Shown piece by piece: positions 11,726-23,734 of a stretch of DNA of 39,072 nt. Under the pieces are notes generated by a model that was not told the DNA's origin, did no database searches, and was given only the letters and a program-made list of their open reading frames with translations. How positions within the stretch are numbered: the first letter of the stretch is position 1; every line of letters starts with the position of its first letter. Position numbers and translations under genes: made by a program. The DNA comes from Callorhinchus milii (Eukaryota): NCBI RefSeq assembly GCF_018977255.1, contig NW_024705499.1, positions 1 through 39,072 of the forward strand. The letters are read 5' to 3'.

Positions 11726-12122
11726 CATTCCCCATTCCCCTACTCTCTCTCTCTCTTCTAACCCCATTCCCCTACTCTCTCTCTCTCCTCTAACCCCATT
11801 CCCCTACTCTCTCTCTCTCTTCTCTGACCCCATTCCCCTACTCTCTCTCTCTCCTCTAACCCCATTCCCCTACTCTCTCTCTCTCTTCTCTGACCCCATT
11901 CCCCTACTCTCTCTCTTTCTCTCCCCTCTAACCCCATTCCTCTGCTCTCTCTCTCTCTTCTCTAACCCCATTCCCCTGCTCTCTCTCTCCTCTAACCCCC
12001 CCCACTACTCTCTCTCTCTCCTCTAACCCCATTCCCCTGCTCTCTCTCTCTCTCTCTCTCCCCTCTAACCCCATTCCCCTACTCTCTCTCTCTCTTTGGT
12101 TCCTTCCTGCCATCACTGTATC

Positions 12123-12128
12123 AATAAA
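12123..12128 (+). terminator. Candidate CIDEB polyadenylation signal
   Basis: First AATAAA I found downstream of the CIDEB stop. Confidence 0.5.
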
Positions 12129-12333
12129 AAGTTAATCACTTTAGATGCGAGTCGTTGTGAAGCTCGGAGACGTGTGCGCGGAGCGAGCGAGAGGTGTGTG
12201 AGAGTGTGAGAGAGAGAGGGAGAGAGAGAGAGAGTGGAGAGAGAGAGAGAGAGCGACTGAGAGAGAGAGAGACTGAGAAAGAGAGTGTGTTTCCCTCGTT
12301 CTCCCGCTCTCTCTGCTCTTCCCCTCTCTCTCG

Positions 12334-12368
<35 letters not shown>

Positions 12369-12914
12369 TCTTTCGTTCTCTCTCTCTCTCTCTCTCTCTC
12401 CCTCTCTCACTCTCTGCGTTTCGCCCACAAAACACACAGTCACTACAACAACAAGAAGATTCCATTTATAAAGCGCCTTTCACGTCAGGAGGACGTCCCG
12501 AGGCGCTGCATAGTTGGGTCATGACCCGAGCATTGGGGGGGGAAATGGTCAGGGTGAGGGGAGGGAAGGGAGGGGGCGAGGAGGGGGGAATGGTCAGGGT
12601 GAGGGGAGGGAAGGGAGGGAGCGAGGAGGGGGGGAATGGTCAGGGTGAGGGAGGGAAGGGAGGGAGCGAGGAGGGGGGGAATGGTCAGGGGGAGGGGAGG
12701 GAAGGGGAGGGAGCGAGGAGGGGGAAATGGTCAGGGGGAGGGGAGGGAGGGAGCGAGGAGGGGGGAATGGTCAGGGTGAGGGGAGGGGAGGGAGGGGGCG
12801 AGGAGGGGGGAATGGGTCACTCAAAGGGTCAGTCGATCACTGGAGTTGGGGAAATCGCCCAAATCCTCAACAATATCACCAATAAGTTCACACCTTCACC
12901 CAAATAAACCCTCA

Positions 12915-13256
12915 GCAGTGCCCACGCCCACATCCGCGTACGTCATCGCCCGGGGGGCGATGCCCGGAGCAGCGCCACGCCCCCACCCGCGTACGTCATC
13001 GCCCGGGGGGCGGGGCCCGGAGCAGCGCCACGCCCCCACCCGCGTGCGTCATCGCCCGGGGGGCGGGGCCCGGAGCAGCGCCACGCCCGCACCCGCGTGC
13101 GTCATCGCCCGGGGAGGCGGGGCGGAGTAGCGCCACGCCCACGCCCCCTACGTCATCGGGGGTGGGTGGGATGAAGAGTGCGCCTGCGCGCGGCGGGAAA
13201 AAGAAGCTTCCAGAAGGGCGGAAGATGGCGTCGTGACGGGAGGGACCCGAGTGAGT
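12915..13256 (+). promoter_or_regulatory. Orphan CpG promoter with short first exon and GTGAGT donor
   Basis: About 4.5 copies of a 53-bp unit with GC box, CGCCCCCAC and CGTCA. These are followed by an NRF1-like TGCGCCTGCGC, an E2F-like GGCGGGAAA (13192-13200), an ETS/YY1-like CGGAAGATGGCG, and a donor at 13251-13256. Confidence 0.65.
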
Positions 13257-14662
13257 GTTGTCTCTCTCTCTCTCTCCTCCTCCTCCTCCTCCGTCCCTCT
13301 ATCTCTCTCTCTCTCTCTCTCTATCCCTCTCTCTCCCTCTATCCCTCTCTGTCTCTATCCCTCTCTCTCTCCCTATATCCCTCTCTCTCCCTCTATCCCT
13401 CTCTCTCTCTCTCTCTCTCCCTCCTCCTTCCCTCTATCCCCCTCTCTCTCCCTCTGTCCCTCTCTCTCTCTCTATCCCTCTCTCTCTCTCCCTCTATCCC
13501 TCTCTCTCCCTCTATCCTCTCTCTCCCTCTATCCCTCTCTCTCCCTCTATCCCTCTCTGTCTCTCTCCCTCTATCCCCCTCTCTCTCCCTCTATCCCTCT
13601 CTCCCTCTATCCCTCTCTCTCCCTCTATCCCTCTCTCTCCCTCTATCCCTCTCTCTCCCTCTATCCCTCTCTCTCTCTCCCTCTCTCTCCCTTCTCCTTC
13701 CCTCTATCCCCCTCTCTCTCCCTCTATCCCTCTCTCTCCCTCTATCCCTCTCTCTCCCTCTATCCCTCTCTCTCTCTCCCTCTCTCTCCCCTCTCCTTAT
13801 CCCTCTCTCTCTCCCTCTATCCCTCTCTCTCTCCCCTCTCTCTATCCCTCTCTCCCTCTCTCTCTCCCTTCTCCTTCCCTCTATCCCCCTCTCTCTCCCT
13901 CTATCCCTCTCTCTCTCTCTCTATCCCTCTCTCTCTCCCTCCTCCTTCCCTCTATCCCTCTCTCTCTCCCTCTATCCCTCTCTCTCTCCCCTCTCTCTAT
14001 CCCTCTCTCCCTCTCTCTCTCCCTCCTCCTTCCCTCTATCCCTCTCTCTCCCTTCCCTCTATCCCCCTCTCTCTCCCCCTCTCTCTCTATCCCTCTCTCT
14101 CCCTCTATCCCTCTCTCTCTCTCTCCCCCTCTCTCTCCCTCCTCCTTCCCTCTCTCCTTCTCTCTCCCTTCCCTCTATCCCTCTCTCTCTCTCCCTCAAT
14201 CCCTCTCTCTCCCCCTCTCTCCCTCTCTCTCCCCTCTCTCTCTCTCTCTCCCTCCTCCTTCCCTCTCTCCCTCTCTCGGTCTCTCTCTGTCTCTCCCTCC
14301 CTCTCTCACACTCTCTCCCCCTCCCTCTCTGTCTCCCTTTTTCTCTCCCCCTCCCTTCCTCTCTCTCCCCTCGTCTCTCTCTCTCACCCTCTCTACCTCT
14401 CCCCCTCTCCCTCTCTCCCTCCCTCTCTGTGGCTCTGTTAAATGACTGTCTGTTTCTCCAGTAAATAACATATTCGAAATCTCTCTCTGTTTCACCCACA
14501 AAAACACAGTCACTACACGTTACAGTGTGTCCTGTGAAGCGCTTTGAGACATCTCGACGACGCGACCAGGCGCCGGGTCAAACGCCTGACGTCTTCGACT
14601 CGGTCTCTCTCTCTCTCTGTTGCTCTGTAAACATTCAGACACAAGGAATATCTTCGGCACAG

Positions 14663-14668
14663 TTTATT
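14663..14668 (-). terminator. Candidate CHMP4A polyadenylation signal
   Basis: AATAAA on the minus strand about 195 nt past the stop. Confidence 0.55.
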
Positions 14669-14862
14669 AATCTCAAAAAAAAAAATAATTACTGATTAAA
14701 ATTAAGGTTATACATTCCAGATATCCCCAGAGAGAGAGAAAGAGACAGGGAGAGAGACAGGGAGCGAGAGAAAGAGAGATGGATGGAGAGAGAGAGAGAG
14801 AGAGAGAGAGACGGAGGGAGAAAGAGAGAGAGAGAGAGAGCGAGAGAGACGGAAAGAGAGGT

Positions 14863-15516
14863 TTATGAAGCCCAATTCTCAAGTTCTTTCAACTCATCAT
14901 CATCATCTTCAACTTTGTGTCCTGAAACAGAGAGAAATTACGTTACTCACACATCTCTGTGTGTGTGTCTCTTTCAGTCTCTCACAGACACACACACACA
15001 CACAGTCACTTGCTCGCTCGCACACATAGACAAACAGACACGCACACAAGAGACATAAAGGCACACAGGCAAACAAACAGACACGCACAGACCGACAGAT
15101 GCATTCACAGACACACGTTCAGACACACGCGCACAGACCTGGGACTGTTGGCAAAGCTTCTGGAGATAAATCCTCTACGTTTTCTTCTCCGACGTTCAGT
15201 AAATCTCTCTCCAAATCTTCCTGTTCCATCTCCTCTAACTCTGCCATCAAATCGTCCTGAGAGAGAAAGAGAGTGCGAGAGTGAGTATGAGAGAGAGAGA
15301 GAGAGAGAGAGACAGAAACGCACACAGACACCGAGATAGAGTGTCAGGCAGACAGATAGAGAGAGAGCCATGAGCGCAGAGAAGGGATGAGAATCAAAGA
15401 GATAAAGTATGTGAGTCAGAGGGCACGTGGGAGAGAGTGTGAGAATGCGCGTGAGACCGATCGACAGAGGTTGTGTCTGAGAAAGTGCGCGAAAGACAGA
15501 GAGAGTGTGAGAGAGA

Positions 15517-15548
<32 letters not shown>

Positions 15549-17192
15549 CATTACCTCATCCACATCATCGCCAAATCCGACTGGCCGGGAGATTGCGTCC
15601 GAGATTTCCTGAGCTAGATCTTGTTGCTCCGTGATGTCAGACATTAACTCATCCACTTTGTCAATGTCCCTGAGAGACAGAGAGAGTAGAGTGTGTGAGT
15701 GACTGAGAGGGAGACCGAGAGCGACTGAGAGAGAGTGAAAGTGTGAGAGAGAGAGAGAGAGAGAGAGAGAAAGAAAGACAGATAATCCCTCCAGAATAAT
15801 ACTAATAACAATGATTCCGCCACTCAACCACGATTTATTTGTGGGGGGGTCACTGTGCGCCATTGGCTGCCGCGTTTCATCCACAAAACACGCAGTCACT
15901 ACACTTAACAGTGTATCCCGCGAAGCGCTTTGAAATGTCCGTAAGACGTGATAATGCTCTGAATCGAATGCAAGGATTATCATTATTATTATTGTTATTG
16001 ATGGATAGAGACTTGGGGGAGTCAGGAGATGGTTTGAGGTGGGAGAGAGAGAGAGAGAGAGACTTACATGTTCTGATGAGCTGATTTCATCGCCTTCGCT
16101 GCCTCGGACATAGTTTTTAAGACTTCTGTGTTCGTTGTTGCATTCTCCAAAGCTTCTCTCTGGAACTCCAGTGTGGACAGAGTGCCGTCGATCTGCGATA
16201 ATTGCTGTTCATATCTCTTTTTTCTCTTGAGGGCTTGCAAGGCAGCTGGGGGAGCGGGGTGGGGTGGGGGGGGGGTGGAGAGAGGAGATTAGTCTGTGTT
16301 TCAGTCTCTCTCTCTGTCATAGTCATAGTATTATACGGCACAGAAGGAGGCCATTTGACCCATCGTGAGCTTTTCCAAATCAACCCCACTCCCCCCGCTC
16401 TCTCTCTCTCTCTCCCTCCCCCCCCCTCATAGCCCTGCAAACTTGCCCTCCCCAAACAATTGTCTCCTTCTCTCTTCAGCTTTGTTATCGAATCGGCTTT
16501 CGTTACCCTTTCGGGCGGTGCATCCCAATAACACGCCGTGTGAAAAATACTCCGTGAAGCACTTTGAGACGTCTCGGAAGGCGCCACAAGGCGCTGCGTG
16601 AAAGGCAAGTATTATTATTATTATTGGTCATTATTATCTTCTCTCCCTCTCTCTCCTCACTTTCTCTCTCTCTCTCCCGTTACCTCTCTTATTTTTCGTT
16701 CCGTGTTTTCGCGCTGTTGCGATTTCCTGCTGAACCTTCTGCTCCAGAAATTCCTGTTTTTTCACCAAAATTCCCTCCGTCTCTGCCAGCTTCTGAATAG
16801 CATCTTGTGGAGTTGGGGCTTTTGTACCCTTTCCTGAGGAGAGAGAGTGTGTGAGAGACAGAGAGAGAGAGACTGAGAGAGTTAGAAACTGATGCAGAGA
16901 GCAAGAGGGAGAGTGAGCGAATGTGTGCGAGAGAGTGACACACACACAGACAGGGAGTGAGAGAGTGTGATAAACAACAACAAGATTACATTTGTATAGC
17001 GCCTTTCACGTCGGGAGGACGTCCCAAGGCGCTGGACAGTGTAAAGAAGAAGAGAGGAGGAGACAGAGAGAGTGAGAGAAGGAAATAGAGAGATTATTGA
17101 TGATTAATTGATCCCCCAATAAGTAGACATGAAAGGGAAGAGTTAAGGAGAAAGACTTTACCTTTAAAGTTGAACAGTTTGCCCAGATTCAT
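14863..17192 (-). CDS. CHMP4A: Charged multivesicular body protein 4A (ESCRT-III Snf7 family), 6 exons, 216 aa
   Basis: Exons 17162-17192, 16684-16833, 16068-16245, 15555-15669, 15139-15256 and 14863-14921 total 651 nt. The translation is MNLGKLF...APTPQDAIQKL...GTKNKRAALQALKRKKRYEQQL...DIDKVDELM...LKELENWAS*. The short 31-nt first exon and the TSSK4 neighbour favour paralog A. Confidence 0.88.
15780..15997 (+). mobile_element. Deu-domain-like SINE 3' part (one of about 20 dispersed fragments)
   Basis: The sequence ctgtgcgccattggctgccgcgtttca...cagtcactacac...gaagcgctttga...atgcaagg(att)n resembles the shark SacSINE1/DeuSINE consensus as I remember it. Other copies lie near 5100, 7010, 8190, 10260, 14490, 16500, 17650, 21570, 23290, 26380, 28920, 29240, 32920, 33790 and 38100. 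Confidence 0.65.
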
Positions 17193-17309
17193 GGTGTGGG
17201 CTGTCCCCTGGGGGTGGGCGGGGGGGGGGGGGGGGGAGAGCTCAGGCTGTTTTTCAGGGTTAAAAAAGTTTTTTGGCCCTAAAATCTGTTCGATTTCCTC
17301 CTCGAAGTG

Positions 17310-17425
17310 CGATTTAAAGACCTTCTTCCGGGTTTGACCACACCCTCTGCTTCCCATTGGCCCGTGCAGGACCCTCCCCTCTCTCTCCTTGGCCAGCCAC
17401 CCAGGCCACAGGCTACGCCCCAACC
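17310..17425 (-). promoter_or_regulatory. Probable CHMP4A proximal promoter
   Basis: On the minus strand CCAAT (17356-17360), GGGTGTGG, CCGGAAG and TTTAAA occur in that order upstream of the ATG at 17192. Confidence 0.45.
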
Positions 17426-17917
17426 CAGAAGAGACCTGATCAGAAATAATCAATCAATAATCCATCAATCCTGATCGATAGCACAATTTATACATTAACA
17501 ATAATTAATTGTATTTGACCCAGGGCCTTGTCGGGTCGGTGAGACATCTCAAAAGCTCCTCAGAGGATATACCGTAAAGTGAAGTAACTGTTATGTGGGC
17601 GAAACCATTTCTTAAGCTTGTAATAATAATAACAATCCTTGCATTTGATATAGCACTTTTTCACGTCTTCTCGACGTCTCAAAGCGCTTCGCAGAATAGA
17701 CCGTAAAGTGAATTGACTGTATATCTGTGGGCGAAACGCGGCGGCCGATTGCGCACAGCGACGTCCCACGAACAGCCGTGGGACTGAAGCGACCAATTAT
17801 TGTTTTGTTTGTTGAGGGATTATTATCAGGCGTGTGGAGTGAGGAAATTTGGAAACTTGCCCGAGGTTTCGAAGCGAGAGGGAGACATGCACAGAAGAGA
17901 CGAGTTGTAGAGAGAGC

Positions 17918-17923
17918 TTTATT
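17918..17923 (-). terminator. Candidate TSSK4 polyadenylation signal
   Basis: AATAAA on the minus strand about 80 nt past the stop. Confidence 0.55.
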
Positions 17924-18005
17924 ATGTACATCGTTGTGTATAGCTTTGAGCGAGAGACGGAGCGAGAGTTTCTCCTCCTGTCCGAACGAGAGACGCAGCG
18001 AGAGA

Positions 18006-19873
18006 CTAGAAGCGAAATAACCCAGAGAAGGTGTGACGGGATTTCTTGGGGGCGGTCGGGATCTGTTGTGAGCTTTCTTTGCTCACTGTGGGAATGATTC
18101 CCTTCCTCCCAATGTGATACAGATAGAGAGAGTGTAACTGCCTCAGGTCCACGCTGGGCGGCCCAAAGGAATAAATCCCCACCCAGGGGTGTTCGAACAC
18201 GTCAGGGATAGAGCAGCGCTTGGGGGCCAGGCTGAGGATCTTCGTGATCAGGTCCTGAGGAGAGAGAGAGAGTGAGAGAGAGGGAGACACACAGAGACAC
18301 GGAGAGAGTGAGAGAAACACAGAGAGAGAGTGGGAGAGAGAGAGAGAGAGACGGAGACACGGAGAGAGTGAGAGAAACACAGAGAGAGAGAGGGGGAGAG
18401 AGAGAGAGAGACGGAGACACGGAGAGAGTGAGAGAAACACAGAGAGAGAGGGGGAGAGAGAGAGGGAGACACACAGAGACACGGAGAGAGTGAGAGAAAC
18501 AGAGAGAGAGAGGGGGAGAGAGAGAGAGAGAGACACAGAGACACGGAGAGAGTGAGAGAAACAGAGAGAGAGAGGGGGAGAGAGAGAGAGAGACGGAGAC
18601 ACGGAGAGAGAGAAACAGAGAGAGAGAGGGAGAGAGAGAGAGAGAGAGACACGGAGAGAGTGAGAGAAACAGAGAGAGAGAGGGGGAGAGAGGGAAGGAC
18701 AGAGAGCGTAGTGTGAGAGGAAGAGAGACGAGAGAGAGAGTGTGATGATGTCACTGACGTCGCTGTGTGATGATGTCACCGATGTCACTGCGAGATGATG
18801 TCGCCGCGGGCGATGATGTCACTGCGAGACGATGTCGCCGCGGGTGATGACGTCACAGTGCGATGACGTCGCCGCGGGTGATGATGTCGCCGTGTGTGAT
18901 GTCGCCGCGTGTGATGTCACAGTGTGATGATGTCGCCGCGGGTGATGTCACAGTGTGTGATGATGTCGCCGCGGGTGATGTCACAGTGTGATGATGTCGC
19001 CGTGTGTGATGTCACAGTGTGATGATGTCGCCGCGGGTGATGATGTCGCCGCGTGTGATGTCACAGTGTGTGATGATGTCGCCGCGGGTGATGTCACAGT
19101 GTGATGATGTCGCCGTGTGTGATGTCACAGTGTGATGATGTCGCCGTGTGTGATGTCGCCGTGTGTGATGTCACAGTGTGTGATGATGGCGCCGCGGGTG
19201 ATGATGTCGCCGCGTGTGATGTCACAGTGTGTGATGATGTCGCTTTATGTGATGATGGAGAGAAGGAGAGAGAGAGAGAGAGAGAGAGAGACCCACCTTA
19301 CACGCCAAGGAGATCCCGCGATGACGACTAGTGAAGATGGGGCCTTTGATCATTTGCCTGAGGAGGCGCCTGAGGTTGGAGTCGTCGAAGGGGAGTTTGC
19401 CGGTCACCATGGTGAAGAGGATGACCCCCATGCTCCAGATGTCAGACAGGAAGGGGTTATAGGGGGACCCCTGGAGGACCTCGGGGGGCACGTAGGCATA
19501 GCTACCGCAGAAGGTCTCGCTCAGAGGAACGCTGGCCATCCAGCCCGGCTCGGGGACCCCCATCTTGCAGAAGCCAAAGTCCGAGATCTTTATGTTATTG
19601 TTGCGATCCAAGAGCAGGTTCTCGAGTTTCAGGTCCCTGAGGGGTGGGGAGAGAGGGGGGAATGGGGTGCGGGGGGGGGGGGGGAGAGAGAGGGGGAGGC
19701 AAAAAAGAGGGGAGGGGGAATTGGAGAGGGGCAGGGAGTTTGGGGGAAAAGGAGGGGCGGACGGAGAGAGAAGGGAATTGGAGGGTACGAGGGAAAGGAG
19801 GAGAGGGGGAGGGAGAGAAATTAATTGTTTTTCACAAGTGATTGTGTAAGTGAGTGTGTCGGGTGTGAGTACG

Positions 19874-19907
<34 letters not shown>

Positions 19908-21367
19908 GGACTCCTCTCACTCACCTGTGCACCACACCTCTGCTATGAATGTAAGCCATCCCCTGACATAACTGCTCAAACCACTTGCCCGCCAGATTCT
20001 CCTCACAGGCTCCGTTCATTCGAATTCTCTCCATTACCTGTTTAAAAAAAAACGCGGGTGAGATCCTTAGCTTTACACATGGAGTCCTGTAGCTCAGGGG
20101 TTAGACCCCTCCCCTCACACCCCACAGCCCCTGTAGCTCAGGGGTTAGACCCCCCCCTCACACCCCACAGCCCCTGTAGCTCAGGGGTTAGACCCCCCCC
20201 CTCCGCACCCCACAGCCCCTGTAGCTCAGGGGTTAGACCCCTCCCCTCGCAAGCCAGAGGACCCGGGTTCGATTCCCGGGAGGGACAGGACAGGGCTAAA
20301 CCTTAGGCAGGTTTCGTTACTCCCCACCCGCGCGCACACACTCTCACACACGCACGCCTCTTTTACCAGCAGTAACTGGGAACCCGCTTGTTAGTCGCTG
20401 GTTGGATCGCTTTCCGGGCACAATAATCTCTCCAAATCTCTCTGGCAAAGAGCCGGCACAGACTCGATGGGCCGAATAGCCTCCTTCTGTGCCGTAACCT
20501 ATGAATCTATGAACCTCGGTGTCAGGGGCTGGATTGAGATGTGAGAGGGAGTTGGAGAGAGACTCGGGGGGGGGGGGGGGGGGAGTCAGAGGATGGAGTG
20601 AGGTGGTATAAATGGGCCGAATGGCCTCCTTCTGTGCTGTAAAAGATTCACTGGCTCACCTCCCCGCCCGGAGCCAATTCTAAAATGATGTACACCCTGT
20701 TTGTCGTCTCGATGGACTGATAAAAGCTGATCAGGTTGGTGTGTTGCAGAGTTTTCCAGATCTGGATCTCTCTGGGTAAGAATTTGTTCAGAAATTCAGT
20801 CTCAGCTTTCTCCTTGAGGAGGACCTGTAAATTTGATCGAAAACAGGGATTGTGTGAATTATCGATGGTCCTGTTATCACCTACAATTCAAAGGTTAATG
20901 CTTCAACCCACGCGATTATTATACCGTTAGCTGTAGCTCAGGGGTTAGACCAGAAGACCGGGTTCGATTCCCGGGTGGGACAGGACAGGTCGAAACCTGA
21001 GGCAAGTTTCCTTACTGCACAGTCACACACACATGCACAGACGCACACGCCTCTGTTTTACAGCCGTCAGTCGATTGGGGGAATCACTTTCCGGGGGTAA
21101 TAATTTCTTCAAATAATAATAATTCGGTCACTCAACCCACGAGTGTTTGTGGGGACAGTCGCCGGGCGCGATCGGCTGCCACGTTTCACCCACAAAACAG
21201 AGAGGGAGAGAGAGAGAGAGAGACACCTTAACAGCCACTTTGGTTTTCCATTTCTTGAAGTAAGCCTCCCACACAATCGCGTACGCTCCCTTGCCCAGGT
21301 ATCGCCCGAGCTGGTAGCCATGTTTTTCCAGGATGGTCGACACCACTTTGGCTTGTGTGCTGGCCAT
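18006..21367 (-). CDS. TSSK4: Testis-specific serine/threonine kinase 4, 5 coding exons, 335 aa
   Basis: Exons 21227-21367, 20660-20824, 19925-20037, 19297-19636 and 18006-18254 total 1008 nt. Kinase motifs are intact ([29 protein letters not shown]). TSSK-type NKFLPREI and TSSK4-like AGKWF and PYNPFLSD are present, and the gene sits next to CHMP4A. Confidence 0.9.
18740..19256. repeat. Degenerate minisatellite (gatgatgtcgccgcgggtgatgtcacagtgt)
   Basis: Direct tandem units in TSSK4 intron 4. Confidence 0.85.
20087..20430 (+). mobile_element. tRNA-derived SINE with tandemly amplified 5' end
   Basis: Four A-box units (TAGCTCAGGGG) are followed by a B box (GGTTCGATTCC) and a body shared with copies at about 20930-21198, 26155-26520 and 28585-28640 (minus). 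Confidence 0.75.
20445..20650 (+). mobile_element. Two CR1-type 3' tail fragments
   Basis: atgggccgaat(a/g)gcctccttctgtgc occurs twice; the first copy is followed by a ctatgaa repeat. This resembles CR1/HER1-type tails as I remember them. Confidence 0.5.
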
Positions 21368-22029
21368 CGCCGGTCAACCTCTGGGGACAAGGAACAAGAG
21401 GAGAGAAGGGGTGAGAGAGAGAGACAGAGGAAGACGAGAGAGAGAGACGGAGAGATGGAGATAGAGAGACGGAGAGAGAGAGAGAGGGGGAGAGAAAGAA
21501 ATAAATGGCGCCTTATCGCATCGTCGAGACAGACAGAGACCCAAAAAGAGAGACAGATAATAATAATCCTTGCGTTTGACCCGACGCCTTGTCACGTCGT
21601 CGAGAAGTCTCAAAGCGCTTCACTGGACACACTGTAAAGTGTAGTGACTGTGTGTTTTGTGGGGCAAAGGAGGTTGGAGAGAGTTGGTTGGAGGGTTTGG
21701 AAGAGAATGTTTGTCAGAGATTCGGAGAAGGTTTGTTTGAGAAGTTTGAGGCTGGGGAAGAGGTGGAGGATTGGGGGAATTGGATGAGGTTGGGAGAAGA
21801 CTGCTCGATAAACAGAGGCGTGTGGGGGGAGAGAGAGCAGGGGAGTGGGATTCATTTGGCGAGGGAGTGACGAGAGAGAGAGAGAGAGAGAGTGAGTGAG
21901 GACAAGAAATAATTACTTACAACACGTCGCCCATTTTTTCGTTTACCTGCTTTCACATCTCCAATGGAGGCTCTCTCTTTGTGCGTTTGAGTGTGTGTCT
22001 GTCACACTCACTTGTTCGCCGAGCCACCC

Positions 22030-22426
22030 CGAACTCCGTCGCGAAGGGAGGAAGGTGAAAGAGCAGACGGGGGAGGGAGAGAGTGAGAAACAAAAGTTTT
22101 CACGATGGCGGCTTGTAGCTTACATTGGGGATCGGGGGGGTGGGTTGGGGGGTTTGCGTAGGTTCTATCTTGATTGCAAAGTTCCTCCTAAACAATGTCG
22201 CGAAGAAAGGAAGGTGAAAGAGCAGATGGGGAGGGAGAGAGGGGGAAACAAAACTATCCCAGGGAAAAAAAGTTTTCAAAATGGCCGACAGTGTCAACAG
22301 GAAATGGCAGCTTGTAGTTAAGATGGGGTGGGGGGGGGCTGGGGGGAGTTACGTGGGTTGTACCTTGATTGCAAAGTTGCTCCGAACTACGTCGCAAAGA
22401 GAGGAAGGTGAAAGAGCGGACGGGGG

Positions 22427-22458
<32 letters not shown>

Positions 22459-22530
22459 AAACTGTCTCAGAAAAGAAAGGTTTTCAAAATGGCCGACAGC
22501 AACAACGGGAAATGGCGGCTCGTGGCCAGG
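22030..22530. repeat. Three degenerate copies of a 165-195-bp unit upstream of TSSK4
   Basis: gtcgc...aggaaggtgaaagagc...gttttca...atggc recurs near 22038, 22197 and 22391. Confidence 0.7.
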
Positions 22531-23734
22531 AGGAGGGGGTGGAAGTCGCGTCTTGTCGTCTCATGTGTCTTCGAGGAGAGTTAGGGACTGATTTGCGATG
22601 GGGCCGACACACGCCCAACCCCCACCCCCAGGCCTCAACCCCTCCCCCCCCACCCCCACCCGCCTGCCCCATCGATGGCCTAAATTTGCTCTCATTTTAT
22701 TGTGACGTCACAGAGATTTGTGGGTTACAGGGCAGTGGGTCATCCTGCGAGTGAGGGAGGGAGGGAGGGAGGGAGGAGGAGAGGGAGGTGCGAAGAGCCT
22801 CCCTCTCTCCCTCTCTTTTCTTTGCCTCTCTCCTCTTTCTCTCATTCACGCGCTCTCTCCTTCCTTCTCTTTCACTCTCTCTCGTTTGCTCCCTCTCTCT
22901 CTCTTTCCTTCACTCGCTGTCCTCTCTCTCTCTCTCTCTCTCTCATATCCACACTCTCTCTCTCCACCCTTTGCTCTCTCGTCCCCTCTCTCCTTTGCTC
23001 TCACTCTCTCCCAGGCTCCATCCTTCTCTCATTCACTCTCTAGTTCCTTCTCTCGTTCACCCTCTCCCTTCCTCCTCTGCTCTCCCTCTCCTCCACTCAC
23101 TTATTCCCCGTTTCTCCCTCTCCATCTATCCTTCGCTCTCCCTCTATCCCTCATTCTCCCTCTCCCGCCTGTGTCCCCGGCAGTGAGTAGGAACCCGCTT
23201 GTCAGTCGATTGGGGGATCACTTTCCGGGGGTAATAATCCCTTCAAAACAATAATAATAATAATAATAATTTGGTCACTCAACTCAGGACTGTTTGTGGG
23301 GCCGTCGCTGGATGCAATCGGCTGCCGGGTTTGGCCCCTGAAACACACAGTCACTACACTTGACAGCGTGCCCCGTGTACTGCTTTGGGCCGTCTCAACT
23401 CAGCGATTAAAACCAATCGCCGTTGTTCAAAACGCTGACGTTAATTATTAGATGAAGTACGTCATTGATCATCATTTCGCGGTTCGGATGATTAGTGTTT
23501 GATTTATCAAATTAATTGTTAAATTAAATCCTTATTAAATCTGTACTATTTTTATTGAATTTATTATTTTTATTCCTTTCCATAACATCAGTTGATGTGG
23601 GTTATTTTTTTTAAACCGTTTTTCTTTGATTGCTTCTTTACTGTCTTCTTTATTGTATGTGTTATTGTTCTTTATTATTATTATTATTATTATCATTGAT
23701 TCTCACACTGTGTCTGTCTGTCTGAGGGGCTAAT

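Noticed and set aside
17193..17453. In-frame upstream ATG at 17357 extending CHMP4A by 55 aa
   Set aside because: The ATG overlaps a CCAAT box upstream of CACCC, ETS and TTTAAA motifs, so it is probably promoter sequence upstream of the TSS. The peptide has no recognisable homology.
20219..20285. tRNA-like sequence with A and B boxes
   Set aside because: I could not form a convincing cloverleaf, and it continues into a body shared by several dispersed copies, so it is a SINE head rather than a tRNA gene.
21610..21855. 81-aa minus-strand ORF upstream of TSSK4
   Set aside because: It has no recognisable domain, ends in a SINE fragment, and lies within a probable 5' UTR intron.
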